Assembly (NCBI GenBank): GCA_964016885.1
Contig: OZ024763.1
Location: 30,008,001 to 30,072,000, forward strand
DNA from: Eledone cirrhosa
Lineage: Eukaryota
Direction of reading: 5' to 3'
Length of the DNA: 64,000 nucleotides
Shown: positions 51,827 through 64,000 of the stretch, piece by piece
Position numbering within the stretch: position 1 is the stretch's first letter
Layout of the letters: each line of letters starts with the position of its first letter
Position numbers and translations under genes: made by a program
Notes under the pieces: generated by a model
Databases searched by the model: none
What the model was told of the DNA's origin: nothing
Seen by the model: only the letters and a program-made list of their open reading frames with translations

Positions 51827-52230
51827 AGTACATTATTCCAATATAAACACAATCAGAATTACAAATTTACAAAAAAAATAAAGCTAAGGAGGCATGATAG
51901 AAATATATTTTTTTAGAGGACATATCTAAATATTAGTACACTATTCCAGATAAATGTAAAGACTTAAAAATATATATATTAGTACACTATACCAATGTAA
52001 ACATCTTGCGGAAAACGTAAAGCTAAGAGAAGACATGATAGAAATATTTGAAAAATTAAAATATTTGTAAACTAATCAATATAGATGTAAAGCCCTGAAA
52101 ATATAAAGGTTAGTACACTAGTAATCTAATGTAAAAACTCGAAGAATTACAACTTGAGAGGGGAGGCGCGTGATATGATAGAAACATTTAATATTATGAA
52201 CGGACTTCAAAATACAGTATTTGAGAAAAA
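51440..52230 (+). mobile_element. Reiterated decayed CR1/L2-type LINE segments (paralog at 58010-58190)
   Basis: Repeated TATTAGTACACTA...CATGATAGAAATAT; the paralog translates LRITTLEE...DMIEIFKIM. Confidence 0.55.
51474..51629. mobile_element. Tc1/mariner-pogo type MITE
   Basis: TIR CCGTATTTCCCGGCG/CGCCGGGAAATACGG with TA TSD; the paralogous site near 58035 is empty. Confidence 0.9.
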
Positions 52231-52481
52231 TTCCCACAGAATATGAACGAGTAAAAAGCGTTTAGATTAATTTGAACTTGGAGTGGCACCATTAAAAGAG
52301 CAACATGAATCTCGCCACCCTTCTAGTTTAAACTGGCTTAAACATACGGCAGACCTGCCACCCTCTCGTCACTAATGGTAACACAGTGGTCTGGATAACC
52401 AAAGATGTGGGTGGGTTCAATTTCCATCTATGTCAATACTCAACTTTTTCCATTTCTTTGAGGGTTCTAAAATTTCTTTAG

Positions 52482-52514
<33 letters not shown>

Positions 52515-52517
<3 letters not shown>

Positions 52518-52528
52518 TCGTCAACATC

Positions 52529-52560
<32 letters not shown>

Positions 52561-52573
52561 CTTCGTCAACATC

Positions 52574-52605
<32 letters not shown>

Positions 52606-52618
52606 CTTCGTCAACATC

Positions 52619-52658
<40 letters not shown>

Positions 52659-52669
52659 TCGTCAACATC

Positions 52670-52707
<38 letters not shown>

Positions 52708-52800
52708 TCGTCAACATCCAAAATATATATATATATATATATATATCTTCGTCAACATCCAAAATATATATATATATATATATATATCTTCGTCAACATC

Positions 52801-52836
<36 letters not shown>

Positions 52837-52847
52837 TCGTCAACATC

Positions 52848-52885
<38 letters not shown>

Positions 52886-52896
52886 TCGTCAACATC

Positions 52897-52900
<4 letters not shown>
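52515..52900. repeat. Nine copies of TCTTCGTCAACATCCAAAA separated by variable (TA)n; three more at 53451-53553
   Basis: Direct inspection. Confidence 0.95.
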
Positions 52901-52957
<57 letters not shown>

Positions 52958-53224
52958 AAAGAATAGAGGTGTAACACACAAGTTATTATATATTGGTAAA
53001 CGGAATAGAAAATGCTGACAAATTGTTCACAGTTGAAAAATGGTTTAATTAGGAATAAAAGAGTATTAGTGATTGTATGGGTTAGTATTCAGTTGTGGTT
53101 TTAAGTTTATTCTGGTTGCGCATTTCTAAATGCTTTTCAAAAATAATTTTGAGATAGAGTGTCCGTGCTGTTCCTAATTAAACCATTTTTCAACTGTGAA
53201 CAATTTGTCAGCATTTTCTATTCC

Positions 53225-53264
<40 letters not shown>

Positions 53265-53502
53265 GTTAGAATATGTGTAATAAGGCCAAGACAATGCAGA
53301 TATGGACATAGAAAAAAGAATGCAATAGTGAGAGATATTGATGAGAATTCGTCTTTCACCTTGAATTTATTTAAATGTCCTTAATTTTCGAGATAATATC
53401 TATATCTTCGAGATAATATATATATCTATATTTTCGAGATAATATATATATCTTCGTCAACATCCAAAACATATATATATATATATCTTCGTCAACATCC
53501 AA

Positions 53503-53537
<35 letters not shown>

Positions 53538-53732
53538 TCGTCAACATCCAAAACATAAACATACACATATCGACGGACGGGGAGAATTATCAGGTTTGCT
53601 TATAATTTAGTTTTCACTCTTTCTAAATAATGTATATTTTTAATAATATTTTACAGAGCTGAGTTTTCTATGATATATATTACGATTGTATGTAGTTCCC
53701 TTCATTAATGTCTTTATTTACTGAATATTTCC

Positions 53733-53881
53733 CATGACTTTCGGAAACATGTTTTTCACCCTCAGTGTTACCGAAGCATGGAACAAACTACCTGCATCAG
53801 TTGTTAGCAGTCAGGATACTGCATCCTTCAAAACTTCCATGCTTCCCGAAATTTGCCAACACTACACCTGATATTCCCCTC
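53733..53881 (+). mobile_element. CR1-type LINE 3' end
   Basis: FRKH-FFTLSVTEAWNKLPASVVSSQDTASFK, followed by (CA)n. Confidence 0.75.
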
Positions 53882-54259
53882 CATACACACACACACACAC
53901 ACGTACATAATGACTCATACACTGTTCAATTTCCTGACATTTGTACATTATTCTATGTACTATACATACACCTTTGATGAGTTTTAGTGCACCTGTGCAC
54001 TGTACACAATAATTATCATAATTATTATTATTATATATTCTACATGAACGTAATGTCATTTCTACAACTAGAAACTGCGAGAGAGAAAAGCCATCAATAA
54101 ACTCGTGATGTATATTAAATAAATATGTTAAATAATAGACTTGGAAATATGTTAATAGAATATTCCAGAAAATATCTAAGAGTGGGGGAGCAATTATGTT
54201 GCTTATAAGAAATAATGTTTTAAAGACAAGAGAAAATTTCAACTAAATCGTAATATACA

Positions 54260-55510
54260 CCGTCGAAAATATCTCTACAGAATATGTATTATTAAAATAA
54301 ACTTAGGAGTAAATATATCGAGGATCACTAAACTCTATTTATGTAGTTTTATTTATATCGTGAAAATGTTGATCTTCAGATATTAAATCGTGGCTGTGAT
54401 TGTCTTTGCTTAAGCGTGTTTGATTGAAATCATATATTCGTGCTTTTCTTGAAACATCGTTTATCTTTTTAAAACTAATGTTAGGTTACTTGTACCTCGT
54501 CTGTGTGGTTTCTTTTGATGCAGTCTCACTATCTTGTTTATTTATGCCGCTAGTCCTTCCGTAGATTGGTTAAATTTGATCTGTTGGAACATCAGACGTT
54601 AAAATGAAATGTTGCGTAAAAGACACACCTTACGCTTACTCCAGGTATTTAGATAGATGTCCAGATGTCCACAATTTGCAAAATAATACAATCAGGAAAA
54701 TCCATCATCCAGTAAATCTTGGTAATAATCCAATTTCGTTGCGATTGCCATTTCCAGTAGAAACTGGTAAAGAAAAACACAAGATATATTCAGCAGTAAA
54801 TGCAGTGAAAACAATAAAAATATAATTACTAAATATAATAATGTTTTTGTTTCATTGATTTTTTGGTTTTCTTTTATGCAAACATAATTTAATTAAATAA
54901 TTTAAAAGTATTTTCCATTACGAAAATATATGTCTACAGAATAAAGATTAGTAAAATAAAGTTAGAGCAAATAAATGAGAGGTCACTTACCTTTACATAT
55001 TTAGTTTTATTTATATCGTGAAAAATGTTGATCTTCAGATATTAAATTGTGGATGTGATTGTCTTTGTCTTTACGTGTTTGTTGGAAATGCTTTTTTAAT
55101 GTTTGTCTTTCTTTTAATTAATTTTAGATTATTCGTACCTCATCGCTGTGGTTCCTTTTGATGGAGTCTACCTGTCCTGTTCATTGGTTTTATTTTAAAA
55201 GCGATCCATTGGAACATCAGATATTAAAATAATATTACGTAAAAGACACACCTTATGTTTATCCCAGATATTTAGAGAGATGTCCCGATGTCCACTGACA
55301 ACAAAATAATGCTATAAGGAAATGCCATCATCCCGTAAAACTTGGTAATAATCCAGTCGCTATTTACAGTAAACAATGGTAAGAACAAACAAAAACAAGA
55401 GAACTATTCAGCAGTTAATGAAGTGAATACATAAAATAAAATAAAAACATTACTGAATAAAATAAATTTTTTACTTTCATTAAATTGTTTCTTTACTTTC
55501 TTTTATAAAA
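54260..55510. repeat. Two diverged tandem copies of a ~660 bp unit
   Basis: Shared blocks, e.g. ATATCGTGAAAATGTTGATCTTCAGATATTAAAT (about 54355/55013) and CGTAAAAGACACACCTTA (54615/55238). Confidence 0.85.
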
Positions 55511-55589
55511 CACACTTATTAATAGAAATTAAGCACAGCATTAAAGGTTCAAATCTTACTTGCATGTATATATAGGAACCACGTTTAAC

Positions 55590-56719
55590 AATTTACGGGT
55601 ACGACGTACGAAGCTGGAATGACGTATGATATTATTGCAGACGGAGTTGTTGTAGGTTCAAATCAAGCCTAGAGCAATGAGAAATAAAGTCTAGATTTAC
55701 TTTATGAATTCCCCTCGGGGGATGAATTCAAGGACGTCCCGAAAAAGCCATGAACGCCACTACATTGAGTTTTCAACCGAACAAAATGTAGTTTTATCCG
55801 GTTTTTGTATTTTTCATAAAAAACAATAAATTTGCTAGAAACAGCAATCAAAGCATCGAATATATATGTATACACACATAAATATATGTTTATTTATTTA
55901 TTATGAGTACAAATTAAAGTTTAAGCAAAGAAGCGCTGCTTTCAACTAGTTTATTGGAATTACTTCCGAGCAAAATGTAGTTTTGTAAATATTAATTTTC
56001 AGAACGAATTCGTACAGTTCTCCTGGACTAGTGGTATGCATTAGAAACAGTGAAATCCTGGTCACTAAGGATATTATTAATTTTTAGTTTACCTCTTCTA
56101 AAATAAAAACCATTAAAAAGTAGTTTATAAATATTAATTTTCACTACGGCTTCGTGATCGTCTCAGAGGCCTAGTGGTAGATATTAGAGACAGTGGTGAT
56201 ACTGGTTAGGGTTTCAATCTCTCTCGGGTTCTACACTAAAAAACCTTGTACAGAAATTTTGTTTTTATAAAAAAAATTGAAAAAGTAGGTTTATAAATAT
56301 TAATTTTCAGAGAGTTTTTATAACCGCCTCCGTTGACTAGTGGTAAATATTAGAGGTGGTAGAGATCCTGGTCTGGTGTTCGATCTCAGTCAGATTCCTG
56401 CAGCCGCTCTTTCTTTTTCATCTTATGAAAATTTAAAAAAAATAAATTTCTAGAGAGCTTCCTGACTAAGATTGAACCCCAGACCAGCCCCTCCACTGTC
56501 TCAACACCTACCACTACGACCACAGAGACAGATACAAAAATGCTATCAAAATTAATATTTATAAACCTACTTTCTATTTTATAGAGAAATTGATGTAGTG
56601 GCGTTTATCGCATTCCCAATGATATTAATACTTCAAAATGGTTCACTTTCTCTAGAGTTGATTTCATCCTACAACCTGATGATCTGCAGGGACATTCATC
56701 AATGGTCATACCTGATTAT

Positions 56720-56752
<33 letters not shown>

Positions 56753-58410
56753 TAGATTTGATCCTGCAATTTGTGCTCAGCAATAATGGTTTTCAATTCA
56801 TCCTTCGTGTGTATATAAATGTATATATGTGATTTCAACGTACAACGACAATATATACATCATTTTTGTTTGATAATAATTAGATAAAACTAATTCTACA
56901 ACCCCTCATAAACATTGAAACCACGACTATAAAATATAACAACAACCACGACATAACAGCTTTGGTTAAATATAATTTAATTAAATTATTGCTAGAGATT
57001 GATCCCTAATATTTTATCTCACTCCTTAACCAGGGAGAAAATGTCCTCGGACTCGGACAATATTGATAAGGAGAGAGTGTATCCATACTTGGAAAGTCGT
57101 TCCAGTTAACATGGTATATAAAAGGCAGTAAGAGGTGACTTGTTACTCCTACGAACGACATTGTCAGTTAGCCTTCTATAGCGAGGGAAGAAGGTTGTGT
57201 GTTTTTTCTCCTATCACATAACACATACATTTGTCATTCATTAGATATCAATATACAAGAGAAAGAAAAAATTGAGAGCTTCACTCTTTTAAAAGTAACA
57301 TCAATTACATTAGAGCAAAATCATGAATTAACGATAGTTTGTGACACTAAACATGGAAACACTGCGAACAATTTTGAGACAAGCTAATTACTATGAGGAC
57401 AAATCTTCAACGCCAAGATATTTCTAAAGAAAACTGAAATGAGAAATTGATTGAAATGGAATAATTATTGAGACACCTTACAATATTTTTCGGGATATGT
57501 CTTACCTTATTTTGAAGAAATAAATGTTTCGGGAAAGAGTTAATAAGAAGCTATATATATATATACATTGCTTATATATATATATATACTTTAATTATTA
57601 TATTTGTACAACGAAGTTATAAAAAGGAAGCATGATTTGGTATCGAATGTGGAGCAAAAAACGAGCTTCTTATACCCCTCACAGAAGAATTGTGAATATG
57701 GATGAATATGAATTGAAAGATGGCTAACCATGTTGAAGCAAAAGAGGGAGACGGATAATAGAAATAATAAAACATTCTGTTCCCTAGCTAATTGCTGAAA
57801 AATCTAAAACTCTAGATGAATATGTATGATACCACTGAGAAAATTGTCAACCGACATCCGTAAAAACGGTGAGGCTCTTGAAGCAACCAAGAGAAGAAGA
57901 AAACAGAAAACACTATAATTATTTAAGGATCTATCTTGTGAAAGAAATGTGAACTTTTGTAAATTTAGAGGAGATAAATCTTAGGGGAGCAGGATAAAAA
58001 TATAAAGACTATTTAAATATTAGTACACTATTCCATATAAATGTCAAGACTTGAAAATATCAACATTAGTTCACTATACCAAGGACAAACACTTAGAATT
58101 ACAACTTTGGAGGAGATTAATCAAACGAGTGACATGATAGAAATATTTAAAATAATGAAAGCACTTCAAAATACAGAATTGGGGAAGAAAATGAAAATTA
58201 ATAGATATATAAACCTACTTTCTATTTTCGAAGCTTAATTGACGTGGTGGCGTTCATACCCTTCTCAGTCTTATTAATACCGCAAAGGTGTCGACATGTC
58301 TTTTACTATTCTGTAGTTTTCAGAAAATATATCATGATTTTATTTTTATCTCTTTTGGTTTGATTTGAAGCTATAACCACCTGATGTCCTTCAACTGTCA
58401 TACCTCAGTG
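55590..58410 (+). repeat. Diverged duplicate of the 49.1-52.2 kb block, plus a third partial arm (58195-58410)
   Basis: Shared anchors GGTTCAAATCA..CTAGAGCAATGAGAAA, TTTGTGACACTAAACATGGAA (50612/57338) and ATAATAAAACATTC. Confidence 0.8.
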
Positions 58411-58672
58411 TCTAGATGGTGGCCTGGCTTGATGGTTTCTAAACAGATAGCCCTTTAAACTTGTGTTGCGTATGCAATAATCGTATCAGCAAATGATGAT
58501 GGGACCATGTTGAAGCAACGTTATGTGCATCCTTCCAAATTCGATATGGTAAGCTATGTTCTTTTTATCAGCTTCGGCTTTTATTTATAAACGTTTATGT
58601 ACGTACGAGTCTAGATAAGCGTACGTATGTATACCTGTTTAAGCTTGTGTGTATATAAGTATTTATAATAAT

Positions 58673-58954
58673 TGTTTCTACGTTTGACACAAGGCCAGCA
58701 ATTACCCAGTACATTACTTGTACTTTCTTTTATCGACCCTGTAAGGATGAATGGCAAAGTTAACCTCGGCGGGATTTGAACTCAGAATGGCAAGGGCCGT
58801 AACTCTATACGTCAAAGTATGGCGTCCCACCCTTTACTGATACTGCCAATCCACCGCCCTCTAAACAACGCCTTTCATCCTTACGGGGTCGATAAAATAA
58901 AATACCAGTAATGTACTGGGTAATTGCTGGCCTTGTGCCTAAAGTAGAAACAAT
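58673..58954. mobile_element. SINE family 1 (minus) joined to an inverted 3' half, within one 19 bp TSD
   Basis: TATAAGTATTTATAATAAT at 58654 and 58955. Confidence 0.85.
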
Positions 58955-59922
58955 TATAAGTATTTATAATAATGTTGTCCTCCCCACTTTATTGTGACAA
59001 CTACTACTATTAATAATTTTATTAATATTTTTATTATTAATTCCACACGTCTCTTATCCTCAACACTTGCTATGGCTTTCCCTCTTACATGTGATATATA
59101 CTTACTATATATTTACTAATCAACATTTAATGGAAGGTGTAGAGATGTGTGACGGGACATCTGGCGGAATCCTTAGTGGCGACATGAGAACTCCGTACAC
59201 CTGTGCACCCGTATATATTTATATGTGTATGTGTGTGTGTGTGTTCATAAGCCCAAATGTCTATGATTATAAGGTAACCCTATGTGTGTTATGTCCATTT
59301 CCACATGGCATCTCTGGTCTTCGGTGTTGTCGTCGCCTGCTTTACGTAGCATCTGAACTATCTAATATTTATTCAGAGAGGTTCTCCCGTCATATCGCAA
59401 ATATTCCTTTCTGACTCACGGAATACTTGTCTAGTATTATCGAGTGAAAGATATAAAACATATCTCTGATGTTTCTATGTATGTCTGGACCTATAACTTG
59501 TGAGGGAGTTGTAGAGGTCCCACATAGACATTCGGGGTGTTCGGGGTATTTTGTATAAGGTGACAGATCCGATCTCTACCCCAGATAGGTTATGTTTTCC
59601 TGAGACGGATATAGAGTGAGAGAAAGGAATTAAGAAAGAGATATAGAAGAATTGACCCCCAGTACTACACTGCTACTTCGTTCTAACTACCTCGAATGGT
59701 TCAATAGTGGAACAAAATCTTTGATGTACCTATATAAGTCATACCAGTTCTATTTGTGTGTTTATGTACAAATCTGTTTCCGTCAGTGTACGTAGAGTAG
59801 CAAGTTCGGTTTTCACACGAACAAGCAAAGCATGTGTTCTGATGGTTTGTCAATCGTTATTATGCTGGTATATATGTGTTTTTAATATATATGTATGAGT
59901 ATTTGCATAGAAGTGTTTATGC

Positions 59923-59962
<40 letters not shown>

Positions 59963-60431
59963 GAGAAGATATGTATCATAAGAAAAGAGGAGACAAAAAA
60001 GTGTGGTACAGTATACTAGACGCCAATAGCCGAAGCGAGGTGTGCTCAATGCTTAAGGTGCAGAGTTAAATATTAAAGAAGGGTTATTATTTAATGAATA
60101 GATATGTGTACGTATATATGAAATCGCCCAGGTTGGGAAACCCTGGGGTAAGCTAAATAAAGATGGAGTTGAGAGATCAGTTTTTAAATAATTATCCCTT
60201 CCCTACTTCCCCTTGTCTGTAGACTGTATTCTAAATATTATATAACAACCTTAATACTTAATAATATAGACATGAAAATATAAATGTTAATACAGTATTC
60301 CAGAAGTAAAATATAGATCTAATGGGAAGAGGTGAGATTAAAGGTAAATGACACCTCTCATTTGCAATATTTTTATTGTATCTAAGTATTATAGATGATT
60401 TAAATTTTATTTTGTATAAAAAGAAATATCA

Positions 60432-60616
60432 TTGTTTCTACTTTTGGCACAAGGCCAGCAATTATCCCAGTGCATGACTGGTACTTTATTTTATCAGCGG
60501 AATTTGAACTCAGAGCGTGAAGGGCCGTGACTCTATGCTGCAAAGCATGGTGTCCGACTCTCTACTGATACTGCCATGGTGTCCGACTCTCTACTGATAC
60601 TGCCAATCTACTGCCC
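60432..60616 (-). mobile_element. SINE family 1 with an internal deletion and a short duplication
   Basis: Matches the consensus; CATGGTGTCCGACTCTCTACTGATACTGC is duplicated. Confidence 0.85.
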
Positions 60617-60829
60617 TTAAAATTGTATTATATTTCTTATAAAAAGAAATATAATACAATATTTACAGAACGAAAGCACAAACAAATATATAATATAATA
60701 TAATATATAAAGGAAAGGGAAAGGAAAAACAAAAGAAAAAAAACACAGAAGCTAGATGTTTCGACAGCTAGATCCGAACTAATTTATTTGCAACGTTTTT
60801 TTATATGAAATCGTATGTCGAAACAAATT

Positions 60830-61570
60830 ATATTTGGGAAGGGTCATATTGTTATAGTATTGCCAGAAATATATAATAAAACAGTTTGGGTTGGGTTGGT
60901 TTTGGCTTCCGTATATTCTACATCCCTATAGTTAATTTAGCTGGCAATCAATGTTTATCATTGATTGACCAACTGTTTATATATATATATATTTATTTAT
61001 AGTCTGAATTCTTTCATCACACACTTGTGACATCATCAGTGATATTATTGTTTCCTCCCGTTGTATTGTAATGTTTACTTATTCAATTGTTTATTTATTT
61101 GTCTCGATTTCCGAATGTGTTTCTATGCGCGTTTTCTGTTTGGTTTGTGTTCGTGTTTGTATTCTATCTTTGGTCACTAGTGTGTATTTGTATGGTTGTT
61201 GTTGTTCCATTCAATTTTTCTGTTCTACTTCGGTTTTCTTGGTTCTATTTCAGTTGCTTCCCTAATTCAGGGATTTTATAGTAGATCCTGGCTTTTCTAC
61301 CACTTTAATCTTTCTTATGGCCTTTGATTGGTTGTTGTACCATCATTACAATACAATAGGAAGAAACAATAGTATCACTGATCTCACAGGTGTGTGACGA
61401 AAGAACTCTGGGAGACTATGTATATATATATAAAACTGTTGGTCAATCAATAAAACATTGATTACTAGTTAAATTAACTATAGGGATAGATATAAAATAT
61501 ATGGAAGTGAAATCCAACCCAAACCAAAAAGTGAGTTTTATTATTTCTGGCAATATAATAATATCCCCAC

Positions 61571-61575
<5 letters not shown>
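60830..61575. mobile_element. Element with ~240 bp diverged inverted repeats containing a decayed hammerhead core
   Basis: 60830-61075 vs 61344-61575; minus strand CTGATGA-tGTCAC..GTGAT-GAAAG near 61008-61040. Confidence 0.6.
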
Positions 61576-61606
<31 letters not shown>

Positions 61607-61646
61607 GTTGGGGATATTATTATATTTCCAGAAATAATAAAACTCA

Positions 61647-61682
<36 letters not shown>

Positions 61683-61685
<3 letters not shown>

Positions 61686-61843
61686 ATAATAATAAATTTG
61701 AAGACTAAAATCCAAAGAGGGCTCGATAAGGATAAATATATATCAAATATATGAGAACCGTAGAGCAAATATTTATTAAAATAACAGATCCCGTTAAGGG
61801 TGAAAGCAGCGATTCTTTGCTTAAACTTTAATCTGTTATTTTA

Positions 61844-61849
<6 letters not shown>
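61683..61849. mobile_element. Family D copy, internally inverted
   Basis: Matches 21539-21757. Confidence 0.7.
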
Positions 61850-61887
<38 letters not shown>

Positions 61888-62044
61888 GTATGTATTTGTA
61901 TTCCCCATTTCTCTTTTTCTATTTATCATTTATTTATTTTTGAAATAACTTTTTATAGTAATGGGCTAGAATGGTTTGACGTTGTACCTCTGTAGTTAGA
62001 CGACTTAGATTTTCCATGCATTATGGCGTGAAACGACAGAGTAC

Positions 62045-62239
62045 AAGACTCCACCCTGGACAGGGCGCCAGTCCATCGCAGGGTTAAACCCCCCTCTATT
62101 GTTGGTACTCATTTTCAGCTGAGTTTACTGGAGCAACGTGAAATGAAGTGTTTTGCTCAAGAACACAACACAGAACCCAGGAATCGAACCCACGATGTTA
62201 TGATTGTAAGTCCAAGACCCTTACCACTAGGCCACGTGC

Positions 62240-62243
<4 letters not shown>
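62045..62243 (-). mobile_element. tRNA-derived SINE related to family 2 (V-domain-like centre)
   Basis: A box TGGCCTAGTGG, B box GGTTCGATTCC, and CCTGCGATGGACTGGCGCCCTGTCCAGGG. Confidence 0.8.
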
Positions 62244-62314
<71 letters not shown>

Positions 62315-62876
62315 ACCCTACTACAACTACACGCATACTGATATCCCCTCCTGTTCAAAAGCCCCCACACTATCTCCATGTTAGCCCCCCACACACACAC
62401 TCGCCATGTTTGCCCCCCACCACACTCTCGCCATGTTTACCCCCCCCCCCCACCACCACCACCGCACTCTTCATGTTAGCCCCCCACATACACACACACC
62501 ACACTCTTCATGTTAGCCATATTACCTCCACATTGTTGATGTTATCCCTATATTCTCTAAATTAACCCCCACGCAAAAAATTACTCCCCTACTCACACAC
62601 ACACTGTTCATATAACAAATATTGTTTTAATTTTGTAGTGACCCAGTCCCGTCCTGGCAACCTTACAGAAGAAGGGGACGTCATTGTTCTGGCTGACCAC
62701 ACCAATACCCACCCTTTTGCCCTCTGTCAACATAAACGTAAATATTATCTCTGAGATTGGTCTGGCTGTCTACCATCTCCAGTTTAAACTGACCGGAGAT
62801 GGTAAACAACACAGTATATCTATGGTAAGTATTGATGGTTTATATTAAGGCTGTGTGTGTGTTTGTGTGTATTTAA

Positions 62877-63095
62877 CACTTTAGCATTCACATTACTCTA
62901 TATCTACTATTGTATTTTCACAGTAAAGACTTGATCTCACATAATTGTTCACATCGAATCTGAGATTTTGATGATGATATTATTTACTTTGAAAACAATA
63001 CCTTAACATCAGTATGTGTGGCTAGTTACGGTCCGTTTGAACAGAAAGAGGTGAGAGAATTCTGGCCAGATATGGCCGATTTAAATGCTAAAGGG
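62877..63095. mobile_element. piggyBac-type MITE
   Basis: TTAA-CaCTTTAGCATT ... AATGCTAAAGGG-TTAA. Confidence 0.8.
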
Positions 63096-63213
63096 TTAAA
63101 CATGCGTATGTGTTCTCTCTCTCTCTCTCTGATGAGATGGGCTCCACCAGGTTTATAAATGCCCAAGGCACACTCTACATCTCTATGGCGTCCCGACTCC
63201 TCCAAGAGTTGGG

Positions 63214-63261
<48 letters not shown>

Positions 63262-63483
63262 GCAAGTAGAAGGGAGAGAGAACGTGAGATGGGAGACACA
63301 CATACATGTATGTGTCTCTCCCATCTCAGGTTCTCTCTCTCTTCTACTTACACAGACACGCACGCACACACACACACACACAGTCTACAGTCAACACACA
63401 CACAATCTACATTCTCCCTCCCTTCCTTCCCTCAGCCACAATAACCTTCCACCACCACCACCACACAAATTCAGCCACAAATA

Positions 63484-63562
63484 CAGGGTGACCCCCCAAA
63501 ATGCATACACATATTTATAAGAATATTGTTGAAGCGTGTATACATTTTGGGGGGACACCCTG
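63484..63562. mobile_element. 79 bp Tc1/mariner-type MITE
   Basis: TA-CAGGGTGaCCCCCCAAAATG...CATTTTGGGGGGACACCCTG-TA. Confidence 0.9.
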
Positions 63563-63867
63563 TATATGATACATAAACTAAATAAATAAAACTCATAAAT
63601 TAACCTTCTGACTCCTGGTGGTATTTCTTTCTTAGTAGGAGGAAACAACTGGTCACTACCAAATAGAAATTTATGTGCCAGAGGGAAGGAGTGATGCTAT
63701 TGATCAAACACAAGCCAGGAGTATCATCTGCCCCTCTCCTGTACTGAAGGAGTCTACCAGTGTTGATGTTTATACCAACAGGTTTGTTATATCTATATTA
63801 TCTATACATATTAGTATATTGGTCAAGTAGTATATTTGATTCTTATATATATATATATATATATATC

Positions 63868-64000
63868 TTTTCATACGTCTGAGTTTTCCTGCTTGCAAGG
63901 GTGGGACGGGTCCTATTCAGCACAGCATCTCTCCATCGTCACTGTCCTTCGTCGTCATCTGTGAGTTTCAGCGATCTGAGGTCAGCTCTCACCACTCCCG
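63868..64000 (-). mobile_element. RTE-type LINE 3' end running off the window
   Basis: Decayed VVRADLRSLKLT..KD..RWR, then a 3'UTR ending at (TA)n. Confidence 0.55.

Noticed and set aside
52515-52900. CRISPR array
   Set aside because: Spacers are only (TA)n, there are no cas genes, and the context is eukaryotic.

Overview
Repeat-dominated eukaryotic DNA. By recall, the SINE families point to an octopod cephalopod. No host protein-coding gene can be supported, and almost all ORFs in the track are translations of (TA)n/(TG)n/(CAG)n/(GGT)n microsatellites. The main element is a 5'-truncated Penelope-like retroelement (RT + GIY-YIG, about 28762-31950, minus strand) with an inverted partial pseudo-LTR. 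Many 100-300 bp Penelope-type 3'-end fragments sit inside (TA)n tracts; most are fold-back palindromes and several carry complete type I hammerhead ribozymes, one with an unusual branched stem II. Also present: 3' fragments of RTE, CR1, R4/NeSL-like and CRE-like LINEs; tRNA-derived SINEs with target-site duplications; small MITEs; tandem arrays born from a LINE fragment, a MITE interior and a ribozyme half; two inverted copies of a ~600 bp non-coding element; and an old duplicated palindrome rich in tRNA-like A/B-box modules (about 48.7-58.4 kb). All alignments and folds were done by eye, so boundaries are approximate.
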